Below are positions 50,445 through 61,091 of a DNA stretch of 64,000 nucleotides, one piece after another; within the stretch, counting starts at the first letter, position 1, and each line of letters begins with the position of its first letter. Source of the DNA: Bradymonadia bacterium (GTDB lineage: Bacteria; Myxococcota_A; Bradymonadia; UBA7976; UBA1532). Where the stretch lies: assembly GCA_046290225.1 (NCBI GenBank), contig JBKAGE010000042.1, positions 43,299 through 107,298 of the forward strand. Reading direction: 5' to 3'. The position numbers were made by a program, and so were the translations under genes. Below the pieces are notes generated by a model. The model worked only from the letters and a program-made list of their open reading frames with translations, was not told where the DNA came from and did not search any database.

Positions 50445-50543
50445 TTACGCGAGGTTCCCCCCCTCGATATCCTGCTCAAAGCGCTCTTGTTCCTGCTGGA
50501 ACAGGGCGCATTCGAGCACATCGGTATCGAAAAAGCAGAACAT
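50445..50543 (-). CDS. Putative leader peptide MFCFFDTDVLECALFQQEQERFEQDIEGGNLA
   Basis: GAGG RBS 5 nt before ATG; 17 of 32 codons are Phe/Asp/Glu/Gln; stop lies 27 nt before the terminator stem. Confidence 0.75.
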   Translation of the reverse strand: MFCFFDTDVLECALFQQEQERFEQDIEGGNLA

Positions 50544-50609
50544 GGTGGCCTCAAATCAATCGGGTGTTGGAAGGCGCTCAAGAAGTGATGAGCGCCGTTG
50601 ACGTGACAA

Positions 50610-50638
50610 TCAATACTGGTGACTGTTCAGCGTGTCAA
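50610..50638 (-). promoter_or_regulatory. Putative sigma70 promoter of the leader/tRNA operon
   Basis: Perfect -35 TTGACA, 17-nt spacer, weak -10 TATTGA; A-tract upstream. Confidence 0.55.
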
Positions 50639-51016
50639 CGCGAACAGCGTTTTTTTCTCAAAAAACACTCATCCCCCAGAAATTACGGCACTTTTAAGGG
50701 CACAGAACCTTGCTCTTGATCGAACACATGCCTCTCTCGGCCTGACCATGAGTCCTGCTCTCGAACACGCGCACGCCTCAAAGCGCTCTCTTTGCCACCA
50801 ATTGAAAACAACATTCATTTTCTTCTTGAGGTTCGCCCAGGGCTGGCGTTAGGGTTGTCCGCAGATGAGCTCACCACACTTCGGGCCATCCAGGGCATGG
50901 CGCTCATCCGCCGTGCTCGCACTGCTCCTTGCTTCTCGACGCGCTGGACAGGCGGGTTGGGGGTTGCCGTTCTCCCGTGGCGCCCCAACCCGCCTGCCCC
51001 TTTACCTCCTCAAGTT

Positions 51017-51035
51017 GATATTGACATTCATAATC
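51017..51035. promoter_or_regulatory. Fur-box-like operator
   Basis: GATATTGACATTCATAATC matches 15 of 19 positions of GATAATGATAATCATTATC, directly upstream of the imelysin operon. Confidence 0.75.
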
Positions 51036-51073
51036 CAAACACCTTCTTCAAACTCAAAAAGGGGTCCAACCTC

Positions 51074-52264
<1,191 letters not shown>

Positions 52265-52285
52265 TCCTCCCAGGAGCCTCTCTCC

Positions 52286-53710
52286 ATGCTGCCCCGCCCT
52301 ACCTGCCTGTTCGCCTACCCCCTCGTCGTATTGGCCCTGTCTGCCTGTGGAGACGACACCAAGACACTCTCACCCGAGCCCGGTGAGGAACTCTCAGGTG
52401 GAGACACGACTGTCTTTGACGTCACCCGCGATGCATACGCGCGCGGCGCCCGGAACTTCGACTCCGAGCGTCGCGGCGAGTTCTTCGTGGGGAGCTCTGC
52501 CTTCAACCAGCCCTGGGTCACAGCGCCAGCGTCAACGACCGGCCGTGACGGGCTCGGGCCGGTGTTCAACGCCCGATCCTGTGACGCGTGTCACTTCAAA
52601 GATGGCCGCGGCCGGCCTCCAGAGCCCGGTGAGCCCATGGACTCGATGTTGATCCGGCTGAGTCTGCCTGGGGTCGCGGAGAATGGTGGTGTGGTGCCGG
52701 TGCCGGGGTACGGTGGACAGCTCAACCCCTTCGGCATCCTCGGGGTGCCCGGCGAAGGGCAGGTGGACATCGAGTGGACTGAGGAGACGGGTGAGTACGC
52801 TGATGGCACGCCCTACTCGTTACGACGCCCCACTTATGTGTTCTCGGAGATGGCCTTTGGCGATCTGCCCCCCGAGACGTTGATCTCCGGGCGCACAGCG
52901 CCTGCGGTCTTCGGGCTTGGCCTGCTCGAGGCCATCACCGAGGCTGATTTGATGGCTCACGCAGATCCGGACGATGCAGATGGTGACGGCGTGAGCGGCC
53001 GCCCGAACCGCGTCTGGGATGTTGTCGCCAAGGCGCACCGAATCGGCCGCTTCGGCTGGAAGTCGAACAACCCCTCGCTGATTCAGCAAAACGCTGGCGC
53101 CTTTCTCGGTGACATCGGCATCACCACGCCGCTGTTTCCCGAAGAAAACTGCGCTGAGGGCCAGACCGAGTGCGTTGAGGCACCCACAGGGGCGCTCTTT
53201 GACGAAGATGGGCAGATGATGGAGGCCGAGGTCAACGCCCGGAAGCTCGATCGTGTCACGCTCTATACGCAAACTCTGGCGGTGCCCGCTCGACGCAACT
53301 GGGATGATCCAGAGGTACTGGCAGGGAAGGCGCTCTTCAACGAGATGGGGTGCGCCACCTGTCATGTGCCCTCCTTCGAGACGGGTGAGTTCGAAGGTGT
53401 GCCCGAGGTCTCGAATCAGAAGATCTGGCCTTACACCGACTTGCTCTTGCACGACATGGGCGAGGGCCTCGCCGACGGCCGCCCCGACTTCGAAGCCACG
53501 GGGCGCGAATGGCGCACGGCGCCGCTCTGGGGCATCGGTCTTCTGGAGACGGTGAACCGCCACACCCTCTTGTTGCACGACGGCCGTGCTCGAGGTTTTG
53601 CCGAGGCCATCCTCTGGCACGGTGGTGAAGCCGAAGCGGCTCGTGAACGGTTCCGTCACCTCGAAGCTGCTGATCGTGATCGGGTGGTGAAGTTCCTGGA
53701 GTCTCTCTGA
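52286..53710 (+). CDS. Di-heme oxidoreductase family lipoprotein (thiol oxidoreductase-like)
   Basis: DGLGP.FNA.SCDACH, GRFGWK, CATCH, YTDLLLHDMG and LLHDGRAR motifs. Confidence 0.9.
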   Translation: MLPRPTCLFAYPLVVLALSACGDDTKTLSPEPGEELSGGDTTVFDVTRDAYARGARNFDSERRGEFFVGSSAFNQPWVTAPASTTGRDGLGPVFNARSCDACHFKDGRGRPPEPGEPMDSMLIRLSLPGVAENGGVVPVPGYGGQLNPFGILGVPGEGQVDIEWTEETGEYADGTPYSLRRPTYVFSEMAFGDLPPETLISGRTAPAVFGLGLLEAITEADLMAHADPDDADGDGVSGRPNRVWDVVAKAHRIGRFGWKSNNPSLIQQNAGAFLGDIGITTPLFPEENCAEGQTECVEAPTGALFDEDGQMMEAEVNARKLDRVTLYTQTLAVPARRNWDDPEVLAGKALFNEMGCATCHVPSFETGEFEGVPEVSNQKIWPYTDLLLHDMGEGLADGRPDFEATGREWRTAPLWGIGLLETVNRHTLLLHDGRARGFAEAILWHGGEAEAARERFRHLEAADRDRVVKFLESL

Positions 53711-54807
53711 TGCAGCATCGCTCGAAGTTCTCGGCTCTCAGTGTCTTGCTGTGCAGCGCTCTGGGGCTCACGAGTTGTCTGAGCAGCGCGGATGACGACG
53801 GCTCAGCCTCAGGGGACAAAGCTGTGGTGGCCCACATCGCCGAGGCGGTGGGCATCCCCGTCCACGCAGCCCTCTCCACTGAGGTCACGGCGTTGAGGCA
53901 GGCGCTGGACTCGGTGTGCGCTGCCCCCTCCGCGGCAGGCGCATCTCAGGCGCGAGAGGCTTGGCGCACAGCACAGCGTGCCTGGTTTCACGCTGACGCT
54001 TTCGGCATCGGCCCTGTGACCATGAACCGCCTGGGCTCGTCCATCGCCTGGCCGCCAGACCACGAGGCCATCGCCGAGACTCTCGCCGAGGTCGAGTCGA
54101 GCACCGAGGCCATCGATCAAGGCTTCGTGGCCAACCTGGGCTCGAGCCGCAAAGGCCTCGGCGCCATCGAGATGCTGCTCTTCGAGCCCGCCGATGACGC
54201 CGAGTTGGTGACAGCCCTCGTAGGTCGACGTTGTGATTTGCTCGTGGCCCTCGTCGCCGATGTCGATCGAGCGGCCGTGGCGCTCTCTGAAGCCTGGCGT
54301 GGTGATTATGGCCCTGCCATGGCCGCAGCGAACGGTGATCCCTTCCCGAGGCAACAGGCGGTCATCGACGCCCTGGTGAACCGTCATGTAGAGATCACCG
54401 AGAGCCTTCTGGTGACTCAAATTGGCACCCCTCTCGGCGAGAAGACCGGGGGTGTCCCACAGCCCGACAAGGTGCTGTCGACCCGAAGTGAGTTCGCCCG
54501 GGCCGAGATCGCCGCAACCATAGAAGGGATCGCCGCGATCTATGCTGGCGTCGGCGAAGGCCCGGGTCTGATCGACTCGATCCAGCGTCGCCAGTCGGGC
54601 CTCGCGGCAGATCTCACTGCAGGGCTCACCGAAGCCATCTCTGCGGTGAACGCCATCGAGCAGCCTCTGCACATCGCCGTGGCTGAGAGTCCGGAGCAAG
54701 TGCGTACGGCTCTCGAGGCTGTTCGAGTGGTCAAGCGCTTGCTCGCTGCCGACGTCGCCAACGTGCTCGGCGTCACCCGCACCTTCAGCGAAAACGATGG
54801 CGACTGA
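53710..54807 (+). CDS. Second imelysin family lipoprotein
   Basis: Lipobox LTSC; KGLGAIEMLLF; C-terminal FSENDGD. Confidence 0.85.
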   Translation: MQHRSKFSALSVLLCSALGLTSCLSSADDDGSASGDKAVVAHIAEAVGIPVHAALSTEVTALRQALDSVCAAPSAAGASQAREAWRTAQRAWFHADAFGIGPVTMNRLGSSIAWPPDHEAIAETLAEVESSTEAIDQGFVANLGSSRKGLGAIEMLLFEPADDAELVTALVGRRCDLLVALVADVDRAAVALSEAWRGDYGPAMAAANGDPFPRQQAVIDALVNRHVEITESLLVTQIGTPLGEKTGGVPQPDKVLSTRSEFARAEIAATIEGIAAIYAGVGEGPGLIDSIQRRQSGLAADLTAGLTEAISAVNAIEQPLHIAVAESPEQVRTALEAVRVVKRLLAADVANVLGVTRTFSENDGD

Positions 54808-54810
54808 GCC

Positions 54811-56100
54811 ATGTCACTGACACGCGCCCTCAATCACCCAGTCGATGGCGCCTCGCTGGCCATGTTCCGCGTGGCCTTTGGCGTACTCATGTGCGCCAGC
54901 GCCCTGCGGTTTTTGTTTTATGACTGGGTGACCCAGTTCTACGTCACCCCCACCTTCAACTTCAGCTGGCTCCCAGGCCTGAGGCCTCTCCCGGGGTGGG
55001 GCATGTACGGGGTGTTCTGGGCGCTGGCAGGGCTCGCGGTGCTCATCGCCGTGGGGCTCTATACGCGACTGGCCGCGGCCGCCTTCTTTTGCCTGTTCAC
55101 CTATGTGCAGCTGCTGGAGAAGGCCAACTACCTCAACCACTACTACCTGATCGTGCTCGTCTCGGCCCTGATGATCTGGCTGCCCACCGAGCGCGCCTTC
55201 TCCCTCGACGCCCGCTGGCGCAACACGGGTGGCCAGGTGCCAGCAGGCACGGTGTGGGCGGTCCGAGGTCAGCTCACAGTGGTGTATTTCTTCGCGGGCC
55301 TGGCCAAGGTGCAGAGCGACTGGCTCTTCGAAGCCCAGCCTCTCCGTATCTGGCTCGCAGGGCACCAGGATTTCCCCATCCTCGGACCTTTGATGACCGA
55401 GCCTGTCACCGCATATGTGTTCAGCTGGGCAGGGATGATCTTCGATTTGACGATCCCCTTCTGGCTGATGTGGCGCCGAAGCCGGCCCTTCGCCTACCTG
55501 GTTGTGCTGGCCTTCCATCTCATGACCTGGGGTCTCTTTCAGATCGGGCTGTTCCCCTGGATGATGATGGCCTTCACGCCGATCTTCTTCGGCTACAGCT
55601 GGCCTCGCCGGTGGTGTGGGGGTCAGCCCTCGACCAGGGCTCCGCAGCCCATTCGACCGCTGGCCACCTGGGCCCTCGTGCTCTATGGAATGGCGCAGGT
55701 GATCATGCCCCTGCGCCATCACCTGTATCCTGGAAACCATCTGTGGACAGAGGAAGGCTTCAGGCTGTCATGGCACGTGATGGTGATGGAGAAGAGTGGC
55801 GCCATCGACTTCTGGGCTGAGCGAGAAGGTAAACGCAGCCAGATCGATCTGCGCGAACACCTCACGCCGGTTCAGATCAGGATGATGTCGACTCAGCCTG
55901 ACATGATCTTGGACTTCGCCCACCACCTCGCTGAGCAGTTGCCTCCAGGTACACGCCTGACAGTCGATGGTTATGTGTCGCTCAATGGCCGCCGCAGCCA
56001 GCGTTTGCTCGATCCCGAGGTCGACATCGCGCCCATCGAGGATGTCACCAAGCTACGGCCATGGCTGCAACCGCTCGAAGACGATCGCGTCAGTCGGTGA
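54811..56100 (+). CDS. HTTM domain protein (vitamin K-dependent gamma-carboxylase-like)
   Basis: SLAMFRVAFG, YLNHYYL, VYFFAGLAK, FQIGLFP, WTEEGFRLSW.VM and QPDMI motifs. Confidence 0.88.
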   Translation: MSLTRALNHPVDGASLAMFRVAFGVLMCASALRFLFYDWVTQFYVTPTFNFSWLPGLRPLPGWGMYGVFWALAGLAVLIAVGLYTRLAAAAFFCLFTYVQLLEKANYLNHYYLIVLVSALMIWLPTERAFSLDARWRNTGGQVPAGTVWAVRGQLTVVYFFAGLAKVQSDWLFEAQPLRIWLAGHQDFPILGPLMTEPVTAYVFSWAGMIFDLTIPFWLMWRRSRPFAYLVVLAFHLMTWGLFQIGLFPWMMMAFTPIFFGYSWPRRWCGGQPSTRAPQPIRPLATWALVLYGMAQVIMPLRHHLYPGNHLWTEEGFRLSWHVMVMEKSGAIDFWAEREGKRSQIDLREHLTPVQIRMMSTQPDMILDFAHHLAEQLPPGTRLTVDGYVSLNGRRSQRLLDPEVDIAPIEDVTKLRPWLQPLEDDRVSR

Positions 56101-57403
56101 CAGTGAAGTTGAAGCGGCCCACGAGCTGGCCATCTCCAGTCTCGATGTCGAGGGACCATTGCCCAGGCCGCTCTTCCGGTAGCTGAGTGCCACGTAAGTG
56201 ACTGCGCAGCCGTACTCGGCTTTTCTCTACAGGCTTCGCATCGAGAATCTCGATGCGCCGCACCTCTTCGCCTTCTCGCCGCCAGACATGGGTGAAGGTC
56301 TCGCCGGCTCCGGAGAGGGACATGACGTCGGTGACGGCCACCATCTCCTTCATCAGAGAGTGATGCAGCTCGGTCACCTTGAGGGCCAACCGCCCATCCT
56401 CGAGGGTTTGTGGCCCCACAGCAGCATCCATCACCGTGAGAGGTACCGGCGGCACGAGGGGTCGGCCGACATAGGCCACAGCCACCGCCACAGCCACCGA
56501 GCAGGCGAGTCCACCGAGCACGCGAGGCTGATGCAGCAGCCGTGGGGAGACGTGGAGCGTCCAGTAGCTCGCCGTAGCCACCGCAGCGGCGAGCAACAGG
56601 CTCCACAGCGCCGGCATGGGGTAGATGGCAGGGATTGCGAGGTTCATCACCGCGAACAGGGTGATGACGAAGTAGACCGAGGCCACGGATCGCCACCGCA
56701 TGAGCACACGATCGAAGACCAGATCGAGGGTGGCCACCAGCGTGCATACGCCAAGGAACACCACGAACCACCGATTGGGAGCGCTGAACGTGGCGGTCTT
56801 CCAGTAGAAGGGCAGCAGAAAAAAGAGCATGCCCTGGTACAGGTTCTTGAGCACATAGGTGATGACCAGGAACCGGAGCTTCTCTTTCGACGACTCGAGC
56901 TTCTGGTCGGCGCCGCTGCCCACCACCCGGAACAAGATGACGGTGATGAGCCACACCGCCACCAAGGACAAGGTGAGCCACCGGGCGTGGCGAAAACCCT
57001 TCTGAGCAAAGGTGACGATGAAGGCCCCGAGCATCATGGCGTAGGCCGAATGCAGCCACCACAGCTTGCGGCCATGACGATGGAGGAACGCTCTGACGCG
57101 CCTCACCCCGGGAATGTGAGAGAGCGTATCTCTCGACGGGGCCTCGTCTTCTTCGGGTATCTCGAGCTCGGTGGTCCGTCGAGGCTCCAGGGCTTTGGGG
57201 GTGGAGCGCTTGCTCGGCGAGGCCCTCTGCGCATCGGGCAGGGTCTCACCGGTGAGCGGATCGAGCAGGGCGTCATCGATGATGATCGAGGGCTCATCGA
57301 CACTGCGATCAGAGCTGTCGGGCACGGTGTCGGGACTCACCGGGCGGGCCATGGGCAGCTCGACCCCGCTCCGCTTTGATCCGATTTTGCTCGATATCGC
57401 CAC
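56090..57403 (-). CDS. Membrane protein with a C-terminal DUF2914-like domain
   Basis: LFFLLPFYWK, several TM segments, HVW...GQWSLDIETGDGQLVGRFNF; start may be ATG 57352. Confidence 0.7.
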   Translation of the reverse strand: MAISSKIGSKRSGVELPMARPVSPDTVPDSSDRSVDEPSIIIDDALLDPLTGETLPDAQRASPSKRSTPKALEPRRTTELEIPEEDEAPSRDTLSHIPGVRRVRAFLHRHGRKLWWLHSAYAMMLGAFIVTFAQKGFRHARWLTLSLVAVWLITVILFRVVGSGADQKLESSKEKLRFLVITYVLKNLYQGMLFFLLPFYWKTATFSAPNRWFVVFLGVCTLVATLDLVFDRVLMRWRSVASVYFVITLFAVMNLAIPAIYPMPALWSLLLAAAVATASYWTLHVSPRLLHQPRVLGGLACSVAVAVAVAYVGRPLVPPVPLTVMDAAVGPQTLEDGRLALKVTELHHSLMKEMVAVTDVMSLSGAGETFTHVWRREGEEVRRIEILDAKPVEKSRVRLRSHLRGTQLPEERPGQWSLDIETGDGQLVGRFNFTVTD

Positions 57404-57433
57404 CGGCTCACGCTCCTCGAAACACGCACAGCC

Positions 57434-57778
57434 TCAATACCACAAGAGGTCTCGCAAGGTACGCTGCACATCAGGAGGCAGACGCGCCACACGAGGGGCC
57501 AATTCTGGATCTCGGCGAGCCACTTGTCGGGCCTGAAGGCTCAGGGCCTCAATCTCCGCTTTCGCCTGATCTCCATCATCCCCGAACCACCAGAGCACAT
57601 CGAGACGTTCCACCAATGAAACGCCTGGCCAGAAGTGCGAGATCAAGGTGGGGATGATGCTCGCCGGTGCGTGTCGCAACACATCACCGAGCAACGAGCG
57701 CCCGAGCTCCCGATGATAGCGCGTGCACAACATGGTGAGATCATCGGTGGGATCAATGTGATCGTTCTGAGCCTGCAT
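57434..57778 (-). CDS. Hypothetical protein
   Basis: AGGAG RBS before MQAQNDH; co-oriented with its neighbours. Confidence 0.5.
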   Translation of the reverse strand: MQAQNDHIDPTDDLTMLCTRYHRELGRSLLGDVLRHAPASIIPTLISHFWPGVSLVERLDVLWWFGDDGDQAKAEIEALSLQARQVARRDPELAPRVARLPPDVQRTLRDLLWY

Positions 57779-57934
57779 GAGCCACTCCTGCTTTGGGGTT
57801 CGGCAACTCATACATTCGAGGGGTTCGAGAGATTCCGTGAAATCTCTGGAGACTGAGCGGCGGAGATCTCTCGCTGAAGGTGGCCATGCAGGTACGCAGC
57901 TCTCGGAGCTTGCACACAAGGACGACGAAGCTGC

Positions 57935-58492
57935 CTACTTTTTAGCGGCGGCTACAGGCACTTCGTCGAACTTCAAAGCGGCGGAGTTGATGCAGTACCG
58001 CAGGCCGGTGGGCTGGGGGCCATCATTGAAGACGTGACCCAAATGGCCATCGCAACGATCACAGCGCACCTCGACTCGAACCATGCCGTAGGTGTTGTCC
58101 TTGTGCTCGGCGATCCGACCCTTCTGAATCGGCTGGTAGAAGCTGGGCCACCCGGTCCCTGACTTGAATTTGGTGTTCGAAGCGAAGAGCGGGGCGTCAC
58201 AGGCGACGCAGCGATAGACCCCGTGGCCCTTATGGTTCCAGAGTTCACCTGTAAAGGCCCGCTCGGTCCCGTGCTCTCTGAGGATGCGATACTGCTCTGG
58301 CGTCAGCCTCTTCTTCCACTCTTTGGGGCTGAGGTTCAGCTTCGAGCCCACGGCAGGCTCACCCTCGCCGAGCTTCACCGGAGCCTTGCTCATGCCAGTC
58401 TTCGGGGCATCTTTTGCCAGCGGTTGAGTGCAGGCAACGGCGACGAGGGCGGCGGAAGAGCTGAGGATGAAACGGCGGCGGCTGACGGTCAT
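57935..58492 (-). CDS. msrB: Peptide-methionine (R)-S-oxide reductase with a Tat lipoprotein signal
   Basis: [24 protein letters not shown] and RYCINS motifs; SRRRFI twin-arginine motif plus AVAC. Confidence 0.93.
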   Translation of the reverse strand: MTVSRRRFILSSSAALVAVACTQPLAKDAPKTGMSKAPVKLGEGEPAVGSKLNLSPKEWKKRLTPEQYRILREHGTERAFTGELWNHKGHGVYRCVACDAPLFASNTKFKSGTGWPSFYQPIQKGRIAEHKDNTYGMVRVEVRCDRCDGHLGHVFNDGPQPTGLRYCINSAALKFDEVPVAAAKK

Positions 58493-58579
58493 GGCAATTC
58501 TCCCGAGTGTCATTGAGCTGTGTGTTCGTGAAGTCACTCCACCTTACGCAGCCTCTGAGAGGATGTTTCTTCGGACCTA

Positions 58580-58868
58580 GAGGTCCCAACAAAACAGCGG
58601 ACCGAGCCAGGGTCGTGAGGTGCAAGTGAGACATCCAGAACACCCACAGGCGATGCCGGCTAGCGCCTTTAAAGCATCGTCGAGGACGGTTTTGGATGTC
58701 TCGCGAAGTGCTGAGTGCAGACAGACGATGGTATCTGGCTTTGCCAGACAACTCGAAGTCGACAAAGGCGAAGCCGACGGAGCGAAGAGTTGCCCGTGGG
58801 GTACTTTCGTCTGGCTGCACTCAACAGCGCTGTGGCTCTGGCTCGGTCCGCTGTTTTGTTGGGACCTC
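58580..58868. mobile_element. MITE copy 2 (289 bp, perfect 31-bp TIRs)
   Basis: GAGGTCCCAACAAAACAGCGGACCGAGCCAG at both ends, inverted; flanks CTA and TTA; no transposase. Confidence 0.82.
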
Positions 58869-58879
58869 TTATCCGCCGC

Positions 58880-60043
58880 TCAACTCTCCAGCCAGCGCAG
58901 GATCGCCTCGCGATCTCCATCGAGGGTGGGCACAGCCCCTCTCTGAGCAGGATCAGGGCAGGCTGACCACTTGATGGGATTGCCGGCCATCTGGACCGGC
59001 GCGCCATGCTCACCTATGGCCGTCACCACCATGTTCCGAGCCTGTACTTGCGGATCGGAAAGCACACGCTCGATGGTGTTGATGGGCCCACAGGGCACCC
59101 CTGCGGCTTCGAGCACCTGCAGCCAGTGATCGACGGTGTGACCCCCGAGGGCAGACTCGATGGCCTGCTGAAGCGCTTCGGCATGGGTGGTCCGGTCGGG
59201 GTTGGTGACGAAGCGTGGATCCTGAGCGAGGCCGGGCCAGCCGATGGCCTGACACAGCCCTTGGAATAGGCTGTCGTTCCCCGCGGCGATGACCAGGTGA
59301 CCATCACTGGCTCTGAAGGCGCCAAAGGGAGTAATGCTCGGATGACGGGCGCCGATGGGCCCTGGAGATCGACCTGTAGCGAAGTACCGCGCCAGAGCGT
59401 TCTCCAAGATCGCCAGCTGGCAATCGAGCATGGCCACGTCGATGCGAGAGCCTTCGCCGGTCTGCGCCCGATGATAGAGCGCTCCATTGATGGCGACGGC
59501 GGTGAAGAGGCCTGCGGTGATGTCGCCCACCGAGGTGCCCACCCGAGTGGGCGGCCCCCCGGGGTGACCGGTGACGCTCATGATGCCCCCCATGGCCTGC
59601 ACCACCATGTCGTACGCCGCCTGGTTGGCTCGGGGCCCGGTCTGGCCAAAGCCAGAGGTCGACGCACAAATCAGCTGCGGCCACCGATCGTGGAGCAACG
59701 ACCAGTCATAGCCGAGGCGGTCGAGGGTACCAGGGCGAAAGTTCTCCACCAACACATCGGCCCGGTCGAGCAAGGCTTCGAAGGTCTCTCGATCAGCTTC
59801 GGCCTTGAGATCGAGGGCGATGGACCGTTTCCCGCGGTTCACCGAGGCGAAGTACGCTGAGTGGCCTTCGACAAAGGGCCCGATGCTCCGGGCATCGTCG
59901 CCCACCTCCGGGCGCTCCACCTTGATGACGGTGGCGCCGAGATCAGCCAGCAGCAATGTGCAGAAAGGCCCTGCGAGCACGCGGGTGAGATCGATGATCA
60001 CCACCCCTTCGAGAGGTGCGCCTTGCAGATGGGATGCGAGCAC
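58880..60043 (-). CDS. CaiB/BaiF family III CoA-transferase
   Basis: LAGPFC..LLADLGA.VIKVE, NRGKRS, ENFRPG and SGFGQTGP motifs. Confidence 0.92.
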   Translation of the reverse strand: MLASHLQGAPLEGVVIIDLTRVLAGPFCTLLLADLGATVIKVERPEVGDDARSIGPFVEGHSAYFASVNRGKRSIALDLKAEADRETFEALLDRADVLVENFRPGTLDRLGYDWSLLHDRWPQLICASTSGFGQTGPRANQAAYDMVVQAMGGIMSVTGHPGGPPTRVGTSVGDITAGLFTAVAINGALYHRAQTGEGSRIDVAMLDCQLAILENALARYFATGRSPGPIGARHPSITPFGAFRASDGHLVIAAGNDSLFQGLCQAIGWPGLAQDPRFVTNPDRTTHAEALQQAIESALGGHTVDHWLQVLEAAGVPCGPINTIERVLSDPQVQARNMVVTAIGEHGAPVQMAGNPIKWSACPDPAQRGAVPTLDGDREAILRWLES

Positions 60044-60051
60044 TGAGGGAA

Positions 60052-60843
60052 TCAGGCGGGGCGCACGACGCGGAAGCCCATGGTGGAGTCTTTCTCACCG
60101 GGATCGCGGCCGCTGCGATGGGCGCAGCGCAGGGTGAGGGCGCCGTTGAGGTACGAGCCGCCACGGATCACTCGGGCCTTGCCCCACTCTGCGCCGGTGG
60201 GATCCTTGCGCACGATGGTGGGCTCGCTGGTGTTGTAGTCGCCGTAGAAGCGATCGCCGACCCACTCGTAGACGTTGCCGAGCATGTCATAGAGCCCATA
60301 GGCGTTGGCCTTGAGCTGGGCCACCTTCCGCGGACGATCCCCAGCGTTCACCTGGAACCAGCCCTCGGTGGCGAGGTCGAGAACGGTGTCGCCCTGATGG
60401 AACCGGGTCGTGGTGCCGGCCCGAGCGGCATACTCCCACTGCGCCTCGGTGGGCAGACGGTAGCCATCGGCCCCCTCGACATAGGCGAGACGCCGGGTGT
60501 CGATCTCATAGTAGGGCGTGAGCCCCTCGAGCTCGGACAAGGCGTTGCAGTAGTGCAGCGCGCCAAACCAGTTCACCGTCTCCACGGGGCACTGAGCGGC
60601 CTCGGGACCCTCGCTGTGGAACGAAGGGTTGGTGCCCACCACAGCCGCGTACTGGCTCTGGGTGATGGGGGTCTGAGCCATGAGAAAGTCGGCCGTGATC
60701 TCGACCTGGATCTGACTCTCTCGCTCGTAACGCCCTTCTTCGCCGGCGGGGCTGCCCATGACGAACGGACCTGCGGGGATGCGGACGAGTGCGGGGCGGT
60801 TGTCGGTGGCGCCGGCCACCTGGCCTTTGAGCGTTTCGTTCAC
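60052..60843 (-). CDS. Formylglycine-generating enzyme (SUMF1/FGE-sulfatase) family protein
   Basis: F.MGSP, YRLPTEAQWEYAARAG, NAYGLYDMLGNVYEW and RGGS motifs; GTG start inferred. Confidence 0.88.
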   Translation of the reverse strand: MNETLKGQVAGATDNRPALVRIPAGPFVMGSPAGEEGRYERESQIQVEITADFLMAQTPITQSQYAAVVGTNPSFHSEGPEAAQCPVETVNWFGALHYCNALSELEGLTPYYEIDTRRLAYVEGADGYRLPTEAQWEYAARAGTTTRFHQGDTVLDLATEGWFQVNAGDRPRKVAQLKANAYGLYDMLGNVYEWVGDRFYGDYNTSEPTIVRKDPTGAEWGKARVIRGGSYLNGALTLRCAHRSGRDPGEKDSTMGFRVVRPA

Positions 60844-61091
60844 TTCGGCACCTCGAAGATACGGAGTTGTGGCCCTTATAGAGCGCTCGAACAAAAGAAT
60901 CGACCCAATTCCAATGGGTCGCACCCCCAAGGCAATTCGAACGCGGAAGAAATGAACAGATCGAAATCATAGGGGTTTCGCTTAAACTGCCTTGGAGACA
61001 CGCGTTCGAAGAGATCTCGAAAAGATTCTGCCAGCCCTCGGCGTAGTGCTCTCCATGACGCGTCCACGTCATGTGCAAAAGGGGAGAGATC

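Noticed and set aside
48660..50700. Prophage or integrative element carrying the tRNAs
   Set aside because: No integrase, phage genes or paired att repeats; the flanks are ordinary chromosomal genes.
50792..51073. N-terminal extension of the imelysin ORF
   Set aside because: It contains the Fur-like box and precedes the lipoprotein signal, so it is likely non-coding.
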